Origin: a virus
Taxonomy: Duplodnaviria; Caudoviricetes
Direction: 5' to 3' (one strand)
IMG/VR virus record: IMGVR_UViG_3300033004_000003
Location: 1 to 53,646 of that record
DNA: 53,646 bases
Part shown: positions 16,346 to 25,723 of the stretch, piece after piece
How the letters are laid out: each line of letters starts with the position of its first letter
How positions within the stretch are numbered: the stretch's first letter is position 1
Position numbers and translations under genes: made by a program
Notes under the pieces: generated by a model
What the model was told of the DNA's origin: nothing
The model's database searches: none
Seen by the model: the letters and a program-made list of their open reading frames with translations, nothing else

Positions 16346-17050
16346 ATGAGCAACACTCTCGGAGGCATGTCGGGCACATATAACTTCTCGCCCGCCTCTT
16401 CGCAGCTAATCCTCTATGCGTTTGGCCGGTGCGGCATACGTGGCCCGCAGTTGCAGGCCGAGCATATGCGCGACGCTTACACCGCCATGAACATGATACA
16501 GGCGGACTGGTCTAACGATCAGGTAAATCTCTGGACCGTCGAGCTTATCACCGTGCCTCTGGTATACGGCCAGACGGCCTATACAGTCCCCAGCAATGTC
16601 ATTCTGATCCTCGATGCCTACCTGGAAATGAACCCAGGCACATCGGACCCGATTGATCTCTATATGTATCCGATCAGCCGCACGGAATACGCGGCATTTC
16701 CGGACAAGGTGACGCCAGGCCGGCCAACGGTCTATTGGTTTGACCGCACGCTGTCGCCAAGCGTGTATCTGTGGCAACCGCCAGTAGATGCGTCGTGGAC
16801 GTTTAACATGTATTGTTGCCGTCAGATACAAGACGCGAACACGCAGAACCTGCAACAGCCGGAAATTCCGTATGGCTATCTCAAGGCGTTTTCCGATGCC
16901 TTGAGCGTTGAACTGGCCATGATCTATGCGCCGGATAAGGTGCCGATGCTGCAAGCCGCCGCCGCCGCGTCTTACAAGCGCGCCAAGGACATGGGTAGCG
17001 AGCGGGCTTCGTTGTACCTGTTCCCAGGCATGGGGAACTACTACAGATGA
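16346..17050 (+). CDS. Head-tail adaptor protein (putative)
   Basis: MNMIQADWSN..VNLWT...ISRTEYAAFPDKVTPGRP...YLWQPP. Confidence 0.7.
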   Translation: MSNTLGGMSGTYNFSPASSQLILYAFGRCGIRGPQLQAEHMRDAYTAMNMIQADWSNDQVNLWTVELITVPLVYGQTAYTVPSNVILILDAYLEMNPGTSDPIDLYMYPISRTEYAAFPDKVTPGRPTVYWFDRTLSPSVYLWQPPVDASWTFNMYCCRQIQDANTQNLQQPEIPYGYLKAFSDALSVELAMIYAPDKVPMLQAAAAASYKRAKDMGSERASLYLFPGMGNYYR

Positions 17051-17676
17051 GCTGGCGTCCACATGGCAGGGCATACGTAAGAAAACATAATCTCCAAGCT
17101 TGGGGGTCTTGTGATCGTTGCTCTATGTGGTGGAATCGAGACCAGCTAACCTTTCAATTTGAATGGTCATCGACCCAGCTTTACAATAAACGTCTGCTAG
17201 TCTGCCCTATCTGCCTGGATAAGCCCTTCGAGCACTACCGCGCCATCATCGTTCCCCCCGATCCGGTTCCGGTGATGAACCCGCGCCCTGATGTGTATCA
17301 GGTGCAGCAGGACGGCCCGACGAACCTTATGGACCAAAACCAGGAACTCCTAACCGACACCAACGGAGCGCCAATACTTGCGACATCTACGGGAACGCAG
17401 AATACGCCGCCATATCCATTTGCTGGCTTCACGATGCTTCGCGCTGATGGTGGTGGCCCAATCCAGCAAATCGCCGTGCGGGATGATGCGTATGCCGTTC
17501 AAGCCACGTTGCAAAACGACGTACAGGTAACAGATACGACGGGAAATCCGGTGTTTTCAACGACACCTTCGACAAATCCCAACACATCGTATAATAATCT
17601 GAACAGGTTCAACAATCCGCCGGGGCAAGTTAACGCTCAGTACGCATTTCCGGTCGTTTTGGATATAGAGGATTAG
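17047..17676 (+). CDS. Zinc-finger (CxxC...CxxC) protein with C-terminal extension
   Basis: CDRC...CPICLDKP...PDPVPVMNPRPD. Confidence 0.7.
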   Translation: MSWRPHGRAYVRKHNLQAWGSCDRCSMWWNRDQLTFQFEWSSTQLYNKRLLVCPICLDKPFEHYRAIIVPPDPVPVMNPRPDVYQVQQDGPTNLMDQNQELLTDTNGAPILATSTGTQNTPPYPFAGFTMLRADGGGPIQQIAVRDDAYAVQATLQNDVQVTDTTGNPVFSTTPSTNPNTSYNNLNRFNNPPGQVNAQYAFPVVLDIED

Positions 17677-17679
17677 TCC

Positions 17680-17934
17680 GTGAGTTTCGCCACATATCCC
17701 TCTCCAAATACGCCGCTGACCGGTGCGGAGCTATTTATGATAGCTCAATCGCAGAATGGGCGGCTTGTGACATGCACGGCGACACTGAATGACGTGACAA
17801 TCTCGAATGTAAGCATTGCACAGTTTGGGGCAGCTTTCGCGGCGTGGTTCGCAACGCTCCCTACATCTGATGTAGGCCAGCCTGTGGGCGCTTTCATCAA
17901 TAGCGGCGGTACGTTGCAGCAGGTGCAATCCTAA
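17680..17934 (+). CDS. Small fibre-associated protein (LTGAE motif)
   Basis: YPSPNTPLTGAELF; paralogous N-terminus in next gene. Confidence 0.65.
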   Translation: MSFATYPSPNTPLTGAELFMIAQSQNGRLVTCTATLNDVTISNVSIAQFGAAFAAWFATLPTSDVGQPVGAFINSGGTLQQVQS

Positions 17935-18458
17935 TGCCCGCAGGTAATTCATATCCAGCACCTAATCTCCCCCTGACTGGCGCTGAACAATTCACGCTGT
18001 TTCAGCAGCAAGGCTCAATCGTAGCGACGTGCACGGCGTCAATCTCTCAGCTTGCGGTCTCAATCGCTGCAAGTTCATTTTCGTCTCCCCCCCCAATTGG
18101 CAGCACAACGCCAAACACTGGCGCTTTTACTGATCTGACAGTTACAGAATATCTTGCTACATCAATTACGACTGGAATTGTCGCATCTGGAGCATCTCAG
18201 TCAACAGCTACGCTATTAACGACACAAATGAACGTCGTTAATAATGTCGGTTCAGGGACCGGAGTTTTGCTTGAGCCTGTTTCGGCGGGAACGTTCGTGC
18301 GCGTATTCCATCGCGCATCTGGTGGACACACGCTATCTGTCTATCCGCCATCGGGGCAGCAAATAGAAGCCTTGGGAACAAACAGCCCCTCTGGTATGAT
18401 ATACGGGCAATCGAATGATTATTGCTACGTTGGGAGCAACCTGTGGCTCGTGAAATAA
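17934..18458 (+). CDS. Fibre-associated protein (LTGAE motif)
   Basis: YPAPNLPLTGAEQF; IGSTTPNTGAFTDL shaft-like motif. Confidence 0.7.
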   Translation: MPAGNSYPAPNLPLTGAEQFTLFQQQGSIVATCTASISQLAVSIAASSFSSPPPIGSTTPNTGAFTDLTVTEYLATSITTGIVASGASQSTATLLTTQMNVVNNVGSGTGVLLEPVSAGTFVRVFHRASGGHTLSVYPPSGQQIEALGTNSPSGMIYGQSNDYCYVGSNLWLVK

Positions 18459-21400
18459 TGAAGAGATTTATCGCCGTGACTGCCGTTCTTGTAGGCGGCG
18501 TTGCCTACGCGCAGCCTATTCAGGGGCCATTAGAGGCGCAAAACTCTCTTGCGGAAATCACGGCGAATGGAACTCAAGCGACCGCCAGAAGCAATATTTC
18601 CGCCGCCGCAAGCGGTGCGAACTCCGACATTACGTCACTTACCGGCCTGACTACTCCGCTTGGCGGTGCTTACGGAGGGACTGGCATTAATAACGGATCG
18701 AAGACGATTACTCTGGGCGGATCACTAGCAACGTCTGGTGCCAATCCGCTGACGTTTACGACGACCGGCACGACTTCGGTAACTCTGCCGACCAGCGGAA
18801 CGCTGTTTTCCAGCGCATCAAGCATTCCGTATACAAATCTGCCGGCATTGTCAGCTAATCAGGTGCTCGGTTCTCTCACGGCAACCACACCTAGTGGCTT
18901 GTCGGTTCCTGCCTGTACGGGCGCTAATGCTGCGCTACAATGGGGCGCGGGCGCCGGATTTGGGTGTGTGACGATCAGCTCGGGGACAAATGCGCCAGGT
19001 GGGGCAAATACGAATGTCCAATATAACAACTCAACTGCATTCGGCGGCAATTCCAGCTTCACTTATAATGGCTCCGGCAGCATCGGGCTGGGAACCAGCG
19101 GTTCGACCACCGGCAATATCGCCTTCGCCAACGGCACAAGCGGCGTAGTCAATCTGACCGTCCCGACTGGCGCGCTTGGCACGGTGACAGATTATCTGCC
19201 GCTTGGCGGTACGCTGCTTACGCTCGGCACAGCGAACAATACCTATGCAACGCTGGGAGCGAACTCCAATATTACCAGCTTAACCGGGCTGACAACGCCT
19301 CTTTCCTCGTCTCAGGGCGGCAGCGGTGTGAATAATGGCTCTACCACGGAGACGCGCGCCGGCAATGTGACGTTTAGCGGTGCATATCCGGTTACACTTA
19401 CGGCGACGGGATCGACTGGCGTTACTCTGCCAACGACCGGCACTCTGCTGAATAACGTGGCGTCCAGCGTTAATACTGTAGTTGGTGCAGCATCCTCGAC
19501 GACGCGGACCGATCTGTCCGTGCCGTCCTGTTCCGGCTCGTCTAACGCGCTCCAATGGACTTCCGGTACCGGCTTCGGGTGCGGCTCCATTACCGGAACA
19601 GCGGCAACGCCTGGCGGCTCTACGGGACAGGTGCAGTACAACAACGCAGGTGCATTTGCGGCAGCGCCAGGCTTCACGTTCGACGGGTCTAGCGCCATCG
19701 GCCTCGGTGTCGCCGGTTCGACCGTCGGTAAAGCCGTGTTCAGCAACGCCACAAGCGGCTCGATCACGCTTCAAGCGCCTACGGGCGCGTTGGGGAGTGT
19801 AACGGATACGCTCCCGGATGGGGGTACGCTTCTCACCACGACTGGTAGCGGCGCGAGCCTGACGGGCGTGGCGTTCAGTGGTGCCAATAGCAATATCACG
19901 TCTTTGTCTGGATTGACCACCGCACTGTCTCCTTCCCAAGGCGGCACCGGCATAAACAACGGTTCAAAAACGGTTACGCTTGCAGGGAATTTAGCAACGT
20001 CCGGCGCGAATTCTCTGACGCTTACGACGACCGGCACAACTAATGTGACTATGCCGACCAGCGGAACTCTACTGAACACGGTAGGAAATTCAAGTTCTAC
20101 CACCGTGGAGCCATCCGACGCGACAACCGCCGTGTCTTTAGCAAACTTCTTTGATGAGACCAAAAATGTCTATTCTTATGGCGCAACTGGAAACGGTGTT
20201 TCCAATGACCTTGCGGCGGGGAATGCGGCTGCTGCTGCCGCTTCGTCAAGTGGTCAGGTTGTTTACTATCCGCCAGGGTCTTATAATTTTGGGGGAAGCA
20301 CTGGAAATACCGAAACAAACGATCCTCTAAACCTGCTCATCGGAGCAAGCTTCCCGAACGGCGCGCCTTTCGGATGCACCACGCAATTGTTCAATAATCC
20401 ATCGTTTGATCTGTGCCAGGCAATGAACGTCCAGACAGGAAATCAGTTCATGCAGGATGATACTGGCATCCTACAGCCGACCGCCGCGACAAATCCGGCA
20501 TATGAGAAAAACGTATTCAGCGCTTTTATGCAGCAAAACGATAGCAGCCCTGACTGGGCTTCCGGTGATACCCATGATGGCGTTGCCGTATTTGGTGACG
20601 CGACCATGGGGGCAAGCGTTGCTCTTGGCCGCGAATGGGGCGCAAATTTCGTAGCTAATAGCACTATGTCTGGCGCTGATGGGCTTCTGACTGGTATTGA
20701 GGTCGATATCGAGCCCGGTATAGCGCAGACGGCTCTTAATTCCCCCACATCTAAAGTAGGGTATACGGTTTTCAATCTCGGATCAGCCGAAGCGACAGCA
20801 GGCATGATCATTGGTGCGAACACATCTGGCGGCCCGACAAATGGCTTTTACAATGGCCTCGTATTCCAGTCATCCAATGATTTTGGAGGGGATGCTTGGG
20901 GGTTGTATAATACAGGCGGTAACTGGCCCGCTTGGGTAGATAATGCAGGGAGCGAAGGCGTAAACGCGCTGATTATTGGAGGCACCCCGCCATCTGGAGC
21001 TACGCCATCATTCCCGAGCCAGACGAATGGCACACTATCTGTCACATCGAGCACCACGGGCGCTATAGCTACGTTCACTGATACCGCCGCAAATGGTGCG
21101 ACCATTGCCATTACTGGGAATGGAGGAACAACTCCACATAAATTTTTGGCAGTCGGTAGCGGAAATCTATATATCAACAATAGTGCGGATTCTGGTCATA
21201 TTCTAACCCTGACTGATGCCGGAACATTAACCGTCCCTGCCGATATGCAATCGGCAGGGTTTGCGTTAACCAACCTCATGAATTATACAACAATTCCGAC
21301 GATCGCTTCCGGTTTTGGTACATCTCCATCAATTTCAAATGCAAATGGTACTGCTGCGTTTGTGTTGACGGTCGGTTCCAGCCCAAACGATACCGGCACC

Positions 21401-21595
21401 ATTACGATGCCTGCCGCCGCTCATGGGTGGGCTTGTGATGCGCAGGATGAATCCACAGTAAACTCCACGGTCTTCATGACTAGAGAGGTTGGGAATAGCA
21501 CGACATCCGTCACATTCGATCAGTTCAACAGTTCCGGTGTTGTGCAAAATTGGGCGGCGGGCGATTTATTGGTGATAAAATGCACGGCATTCTAA
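18458..21595 (+). CDS. Long fibre/spike protein with N-terminal signal peptide and internal repeats
   Basis: TAATG-coupled start MKRFIAVTAVLVGGVAYA|Q; GANS.ITSL.GLTT repeats; NVYSYGATGNGVSND...YYPPGSY tailspike entry motif. Confidence 0.85.
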   Translation: MKRFIAVTAVLVGGVAYAQPIQGPLEAQNSLAEITANGTQATARSNISAAASGANSDITSLTGLTTPLGGAYGGTGINNGSKTITLGGSLATSGANPLTFTTTGTTSVTLPTSGTLFSSASSIPYTNLPALSANQVLGSLTATTPSGLSVPACTGANAALQWGAGAGFGCVTISSGTNAPGGANTNVQYNNSTAFGGNSSFTYNGSGSIGLGTSGSTTGNIAFANGTSGVVNLTVPTGALGTVTDYLPLGGTLLTLGTANNTYATLGANSNITSLTGLTTPLSSSQGGSGVNNGSTTETRAGNVTFSGAYPVTLTATGSTGVTLPTTGTLLNNVASSVNTVVGAASSTTRTDLSVPSCSGSSNALQWTSGTGFGCGSITGTAATPGGSTGQVQYNNAGAFAAAPGFTFDGSSAIGLGVAGSTVGKAVFSNATSGSITLQAPTGALGSVTDTLPDGGTLLTTTGSGASLTGVAFSGANSNITSLSGLTTALSPSQGGTGINNGSKTVTLAGNLATSGANSLTLTTTGTTNVTMPTSGTLLNTVGNSSSTTVEPSDATTAVSLANFFDETKNVYSYGATGNGVSNDLAAGNAAAAAASSSGQVVYYPPGSYNFGGSTGNTETNDPLNLLIGASFPNGAPFGCTTQLFNNPSFDLCQAMNVQTGNQFMQDDTGILQPTAATNPAYEKNVFSAFMQQNDSSPDWASGDTHDGVAVFGDATMGASVALGREWGANFVANSTMSGADGLLTGIEVDIEPGIAQTALNSPTSKVGYTVFNLGSAEATAGMIIGANTSGGPTNGFYNGLVFQSSNDFGGDAWGLYNTGGNWPAWVDNAGSEGVNALIIGGTPPSGATPSFPSQTNGTLSVTSSTTGAIATFTDTAANGATIAITGNGGTTPHKFLAVGSGNLYINNSADSGHILTLTDAGTLTVPADMQSAGFALTNLMNYTTIPTIASGFGTSPSISNANGTAAFVLTVGSSPNDTGTITMPAAAHGWACDAQDESTVNSTVFMTREVGNSTTSVTFDQFNSSGVVQNWAAGDLLVIKCTAF

Positions 21596-21609
21596 TTCCG
21601 GGGTTCTAA

Positions 21610-22353
21610 ATGGCCTATAACTACACCCAATACCAGGTCAAACTTGGAACCCTAATGGCGCTTACGAGCGCCAATCCGGCATCGCCGCCGACTGATCCGT
21701 ATTTCGCGCAGATTTTGCCGGCGTGTATAGATTACGCTGAGCAGAGGATTTACCGCGATCTCGATATCCAGAGCACGACCACAGATGCGACAATTTATAC
21801 GACTGCCGGAACGCCGCTTGTAAGTCTGCCGTCTAATCCTCTAGTTTATGTTGTGGAGAGCATGAGTGTGGTGACGGTTGGTGGCAACGCGCCTTCAATC
21901 ACCGCGCAAACCAACATGAGCCCGGTTGATAAGAACTTCCTGACTGCCACATTCCCGCCTGCGTTCTGGTCTACGGCGCAGGGGATGCCGCAATACTACT
22001 ATATACAAGATCAGAACATCGCCTATATAGGGCCGACGCCTGATCAGGTCTACGGGCTGTACATCGTTTACACGTATCGTCCGACGACGCTTAGCGCGAC
22101 AAACACGACGACGCCGCTTACGCAGATATGGCCAGATTTGTTCTTGGCGTGCAGCATGGTATTCATGAGCGGATACATGAAGAATTTCGGTGCGCAATCC
22201 GACGATCCGCGCATGGCAGGCTCGTGGGAAGCGCAATATCAAGCGTTGCTCAAAGGCGCACTTGAGGAAGAGAGCCGCAAGAAATCGCTCGGAATTGTAT
22301 ACACGCCTCTGCGTGCTGCTGCGTTCAGCGGCAAGCCTACTCAGGCGCAGTAA
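21610..22353 (+). CDS. Tail adaptor/tubular protein (putative)
   Basis: IDYAEQRIYRDL...GMPQYYY...IGPTPDQVY...Y.YRP.TLS...WPDLFLAC. Confidence 0.75.
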   Translation: MAYNYTQYQVKLGTLMALTSANPASPPTDPYFAQILPACIDYAEQRIYRDLDIQSTTTDATIYTTAGTPLVSLPSNPLVYVVESMSVVTVGGNAPSITAQTNMSPVDKNFLTATFPPAFWSTAQGMPQYYYIQDQNIAYIGPTPDQVYGLYIVYTYRPTTLSATNTTTPLTQIWPDLFLACSMVFMSGYMKNFGAQSDDPRMAGSWEAQYQALLKGALEEESRKKSLGIVYTPLRAAAFSGKPTQAQ

Positions 22354-24377
22354 TGCCCATAGCCTCCGTTAAACTCCGCCCCGGCGTTGACGTAGAGCGG
22401 ACCTTCACGCTGAATGAGGCGGGGATTAGCCAGACGCAACTCGTGCGGTTTAAAGATTCACTAATTCAATCAATCGGCGGATGGGTCCAGTGGTATTCCC
22501 AAACTCTGCCATACGCGCCGCGCGTTATCCTTAGCTGGACAGACCTTAACGGCACCGTTTACACGGCAGTAGGGACGTCAAGCGATATTTACGTTATTAG
22601 CGGAAACACGGCGACTGACTTAACGCCAACCAACATTATCGAGAATGTCGCGCCCGAGTTCTCGACGGTTGCAGGGTCTAACGTTGTTACCGTGGACGCA
22701 TCTGGCACAACTCCGATTGTCGGCCTTGGTATATTCATCAACACCCCCGTTTCTGTTGGCGGCATCATCCTGATGGGTGGCTATACAATCGAAGCGCCGG
22801 TTTCCGGTGGTAATTACACGATCACGGTAGCGAACAACGCCACATCGACCGTGAATAATGGCGGCTCTGTGGCGCAATACACGACGACGATGGGCAGCAC
22901 GGCCATCAATGTCATGCTGAATAACCACACTGAAACTTTAGGCTCGCAGTGGACCGAGAAAGTATCTACTTCCGTTGGCGGAATCACGGTTTCGGGCAAT
23001 TACATCGTCTCAGCGATTGTTGACGCAAATAACTTCACGATCAATTCCACGTCTCCCGCCACATCTAGCGCGTCGGCTTATGAAAACGGTGGATTAGTCC
23101 AGACAGTCTATTACCAGAATGCCGTACCACCCACGCTACCAAACTACGGTTATGGCGTTGGCGGATATGGCCTCGGTGGCTACGGCCAGGGCAGCGTTTA
23201 CGTGCCGACTTCGCCTATCTCCGCACCGCTGTGGACGCTGGATCATTGGGGCGAGACGCTGTTGGCTTGTCCTGGGAGCGGCCCTATCTACTCATGGACG
23301 CCGGGGTTAGGAGAAACGACGCTCCAGATAATAGCCAATGCGCCTGCGGTCAACGGCGGCATCTTCGTGGCCATGCCGGCGCAAATCCTTGTGGCATGGG
23401 GCAGCAGCATAAATGGCGTGCAGCAGCCTAACCTTGTGCAGTGGAGCAATCAGCTCGATTACACAGACTGGACGCCTACAGTGACTAATCAGGCCGGAAA
23501 CGCGACGATCCCAACGGGAAGCCGGATCGTCGGGGCCATACAGGCTCCAAACCAAGCGCTGATATTCACGGATATTGACGTTTACGCCATGAACTATCTC
23601 GGCGCATCTGGCAATATCCAGCTTGTGTTCGGGTTCAACCAGATCGCCAAGGGCTGCGGACTTATCGCGCCTCGCGCCGTGGGTGTGCTGAATGGCTCTG
23701 TATTCTGGCTGTCTCCTGGGCAGTTCATGACGCTGGGACAGAGCGGCGTTGTTCCTATGCCATGTCCGGTATGGGATGAAATTTGGCAGGACTTGGACAC
23801 AAACAACCTGAATAAGATCATCGTCGCGCCGAATAGCGTGTTTAACGAAATCGCGTGGTATTACCCTTCGATTTCTGGCGGCACAGGTGAGAATGATAGC
23901 TACGTTAAGTTTAACATGCTGGAAAACGCATGGGACTACGGAAAACTTGTCCGCACGGCCTGGCAGGACTATTCGGCGGCTGGCAATCCATTGGGCGGCG
24001 ATGCTTCTGGCTATCTGTGGCAGCATGAGGTTGGGCAAACCGCAGGCGGCCAGCCCATGAATTGGAGCTTCAGCACTGGCGCGTTCATGATTGCGGAAGG
24101 TGACCAGATGGCTTTTGCCGACTGGATTTTGCCGGACATGCGATATGGGTTCATAAACAACTCGTCCACAAATCAGAATGTGTCTCTAGTTGTGTCGTCT
24201 TACCGATACGCGAATGACGCCCCCGTCACGTCTCCAACGCTGACAATGACGCCACAAGGAAACGGAGAGTTGTCTCTACGCATCCGAGGGCGTGCGATGC
24301 AGCTTACATTCAGTGGGAATGGTTTTGCCCGCATCGGCAATGTGCGCTATCGCTGGGCACCTGATGGGAAATACTGA
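22353..24377 (+). CDS. Tail nozzle/stabilization protein (P22 gp10/T7 gp12-like, putative)
   Basis: VKLRPGV...VRFK...IGGW; WTLDHWGETL; VQWSNQ.DY.DW; RIRGRAMQL. Confidence 0.75.
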   Translation: MPIASVKLRPGVDVERTFTLNEAGISQTQLVRFKDSLIQSIGGWVQWYSQTLPYAPRVILSWTDLNGTVYTAVGTSSDIYVISGNTATDLTPTNIIENVAPEFSTVAGSNVVTVDASGTTPIVGLGIFINTPVSVGGIILMGGYTIEAPVSGGNYTITVANNATSTVNNGGSVAQYTTTMGSTAINVMLNNHTETLGSQWTEKVSTSVGGITVSGNYIVSAIVDANNFTINSTSPATSSASAYENGGLVQTVYYQNAVPPTLPNYGYGVGGYGLGGYGQGSVYVPTSPISAPLWTLDHWGETLLACPGSGPIYSWTPGLGETTLQIIANAPAVNGGIFVAMPAQILVAWGSSINGVQQPNLVQWSNQLDYTDWTPTVTNQAGNATIPTGSRIVGAIQAPNQALIFTDIDVYAMNYLGASGNIQLVFGFNQIAKGCGLIAPRAVGVLNGSVFWLSPGQFMTLGQSGVVPMPCPVWDEIWQDLDTNNLNKIIVAPNSVFNEIAWYYPSISGGTGENDSYVKFNMLENAWDYGKLVRTAWQDYSAAGNPLGGDASGYLWQHEVGQTAGGQPMNWSFSTGAFMIAEGDQMAFADWILPDMRYGFINNSSTNQNVSLVVSSYRYANDAPVTSPTLTMTPQGNGELSLRIRGRAMQLTFSGNGFARIGNVRYRWAPDGKY

Positions 24378-24676
24378 TGACTTCTGACAACACCTTCCAA
24401 AACCAGACTAACACTACCAACAAGATACTGGCGCAGATGCTTACTACGCTGCAAAGCGTGGCGGTTGTTCCCGCCTCAACTGCTGGCGCCGTTGGGAGCT
24501 ATGCTATGGCCAAATCTACCGCAACCGTGGCGTTCGGTTCTACCGTGTCTGGATCATCGCTAACGCCGTCCAATGCTGCCGGATCATCCGTTGGATCGGC
24601 GCTTACCGGAACGTGGCGTTGCATGGGGACAATCGGAAGCTCTGGCGATGTCTCTTTGTTTGTCAGAACGGCGTAA
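24377..24676 (+). CDS. Small tail protein
   Basis: AVGSYAM...GSSL...GTWRCMG...LFVRTA fibre-tip-like motif. Confidence 0.65.
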   Translation: MTSDNTFQNQTNTTNKILAQMLTTLQSVAVVPASTAGAVGSYAMAKSTATVAFGSTVSGSSLTPSNAAGSSVGSALTGTWRCMGTIGSSGDVSLFVRTA

Positions 24677-24719
24677 AAGATATGGCTAGACGCTCCCCTA
24701 ACATGCTAGAAAGATTACA

Positions 24720-25250
24720 ATGTCTGACGCTATAGCCAAGGCGCTGCGGATAGCGCAAAAGCCGATTTGTCGCGCTGATGGCGGGGCTGCCAGCGCTGCG
24801 GATACCCGCGTTTCAGATGGCGTCTATTTTGGACACGGTTTGCTTAAATCATCCGGTTCTGGCCGCACGGATACGCTGCCCATTAACGTGCCGTCCGGCG
24901 CGTATGTCTTGCCCGCTGATATCGTGTCAGGTCTTGGGCAGGGCAACACCTTTGCAGGCGGTAAAATCCTGGATCGCATTTTTGCGGATATGCACCACGA
25001 GGCGCAGGCGCAAGGTGCAGCAGGGCAGCAAATGGGCGAACACAAAGGCGGACGTGCGCAAAGCAAAACCGGCGCGAATGTCCCTATCATCGCAGCGGGG
25101 GGCGAGTATATCATACATCCAGATGTCGTGCGGCATATTGGTGGAGGGGATATGAAGGCTGGGCATGAGTGGCTTGATGGGTTTGTAAAGGACGTCAGGA
25201 CTAGAACCCACAAGACGCTGGCGAAACTCCCTGGACCGGCAAAGGATTGA
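24720..25250 (+). CDS. Protein with duplicated D.lP...GeYvl.adiV..lG.G domain
   Basis: GRTDTLPINVPSGAYVLPADIVSGLGQG and NVPIIAAGGEYIIHPDVVRHIGGG. Confidence 0.8.
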   Translation: MSDAIAKALRIAQKPICRADGGAASAADTRVSDGVYFGHGLLKSSGSGRTDTLPINVPSGAYVLPADIVSGLGQGNTFAGGKILDRIFADMHHEAQAQGAAGQQMGEHKGGRAQSKTGANVPIIAAGGEYIIHPDVVRHIGGGDMKAGHEWLDGFVKDVRTRTHKTLAKLPGPAKD

Positions 25251-25252
25251 GC

Positions 25253-25723
25253 ATGAGCGAAGTCCGCATAGCAACGCCAGCCGACCGTGACGGGATGATT
25301 GATCTGCTGCACATGATGTACGCCGAAAATGGCGTTGCGTCATTGAGCGTGCAAAAGATGTTGGCGTTTCTTGATCGAGGGTTAGCGCGCGATTACTCGA
25401 TCATCGGCATTGTCGAAGATGAAGGTGTGATAAAGGCGAGCATTGGGCTTTTCCTGCACCAATGGTGGTACAGTGAAGATTATCACGTTGAAGATACGTG
25501 GTGTTTTGTGCATCCAGATTACCGGAAGTCAACTTATGCCAAGGACTTGCTGAAGTTCGCCAAGAAATGCGCGGATGATCTTGATATGCAACTGCTGATT
25601 GGCATCCTGTCTAGCGAGAGAACTGCGGCCAAGGTTCGGCTTTACGAGAAAGAATTTGGTCCTTCAATGGGATGTGGATTTGTTTACCCGCATCCTCGGG
25701 CAACTGATAAGGAAGTCGCGTAG
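25253..25723 (+). CDS. GNAT-family acetyltransferase
   Basis: VRIATPAD...FVHPDYRKSTYAKDLLKFA...RLYEK. Confidence 0.8.
   Translation: MSEVRIATPADRDGMIDLLHMMYAENGVASLSVQKMLAFLDRGLARDYSIIGIVEDEGVIKASIGLFLHQWWYSEDYHVEDTWCFVHPDYRKSTYAKDLLKFAKKCADDLDMQLLIGILSSERTAAKVRLYEKEFGPSMGCGFVYPHPRATDKEVA

Noticed and set aside
18422-18457. Upstream start giving an MLRWEQ... extension to the long fibre
   Set aside because: ATG at 18458 overlaps the upstream stop (TAATG) and gives a clean signal peptide
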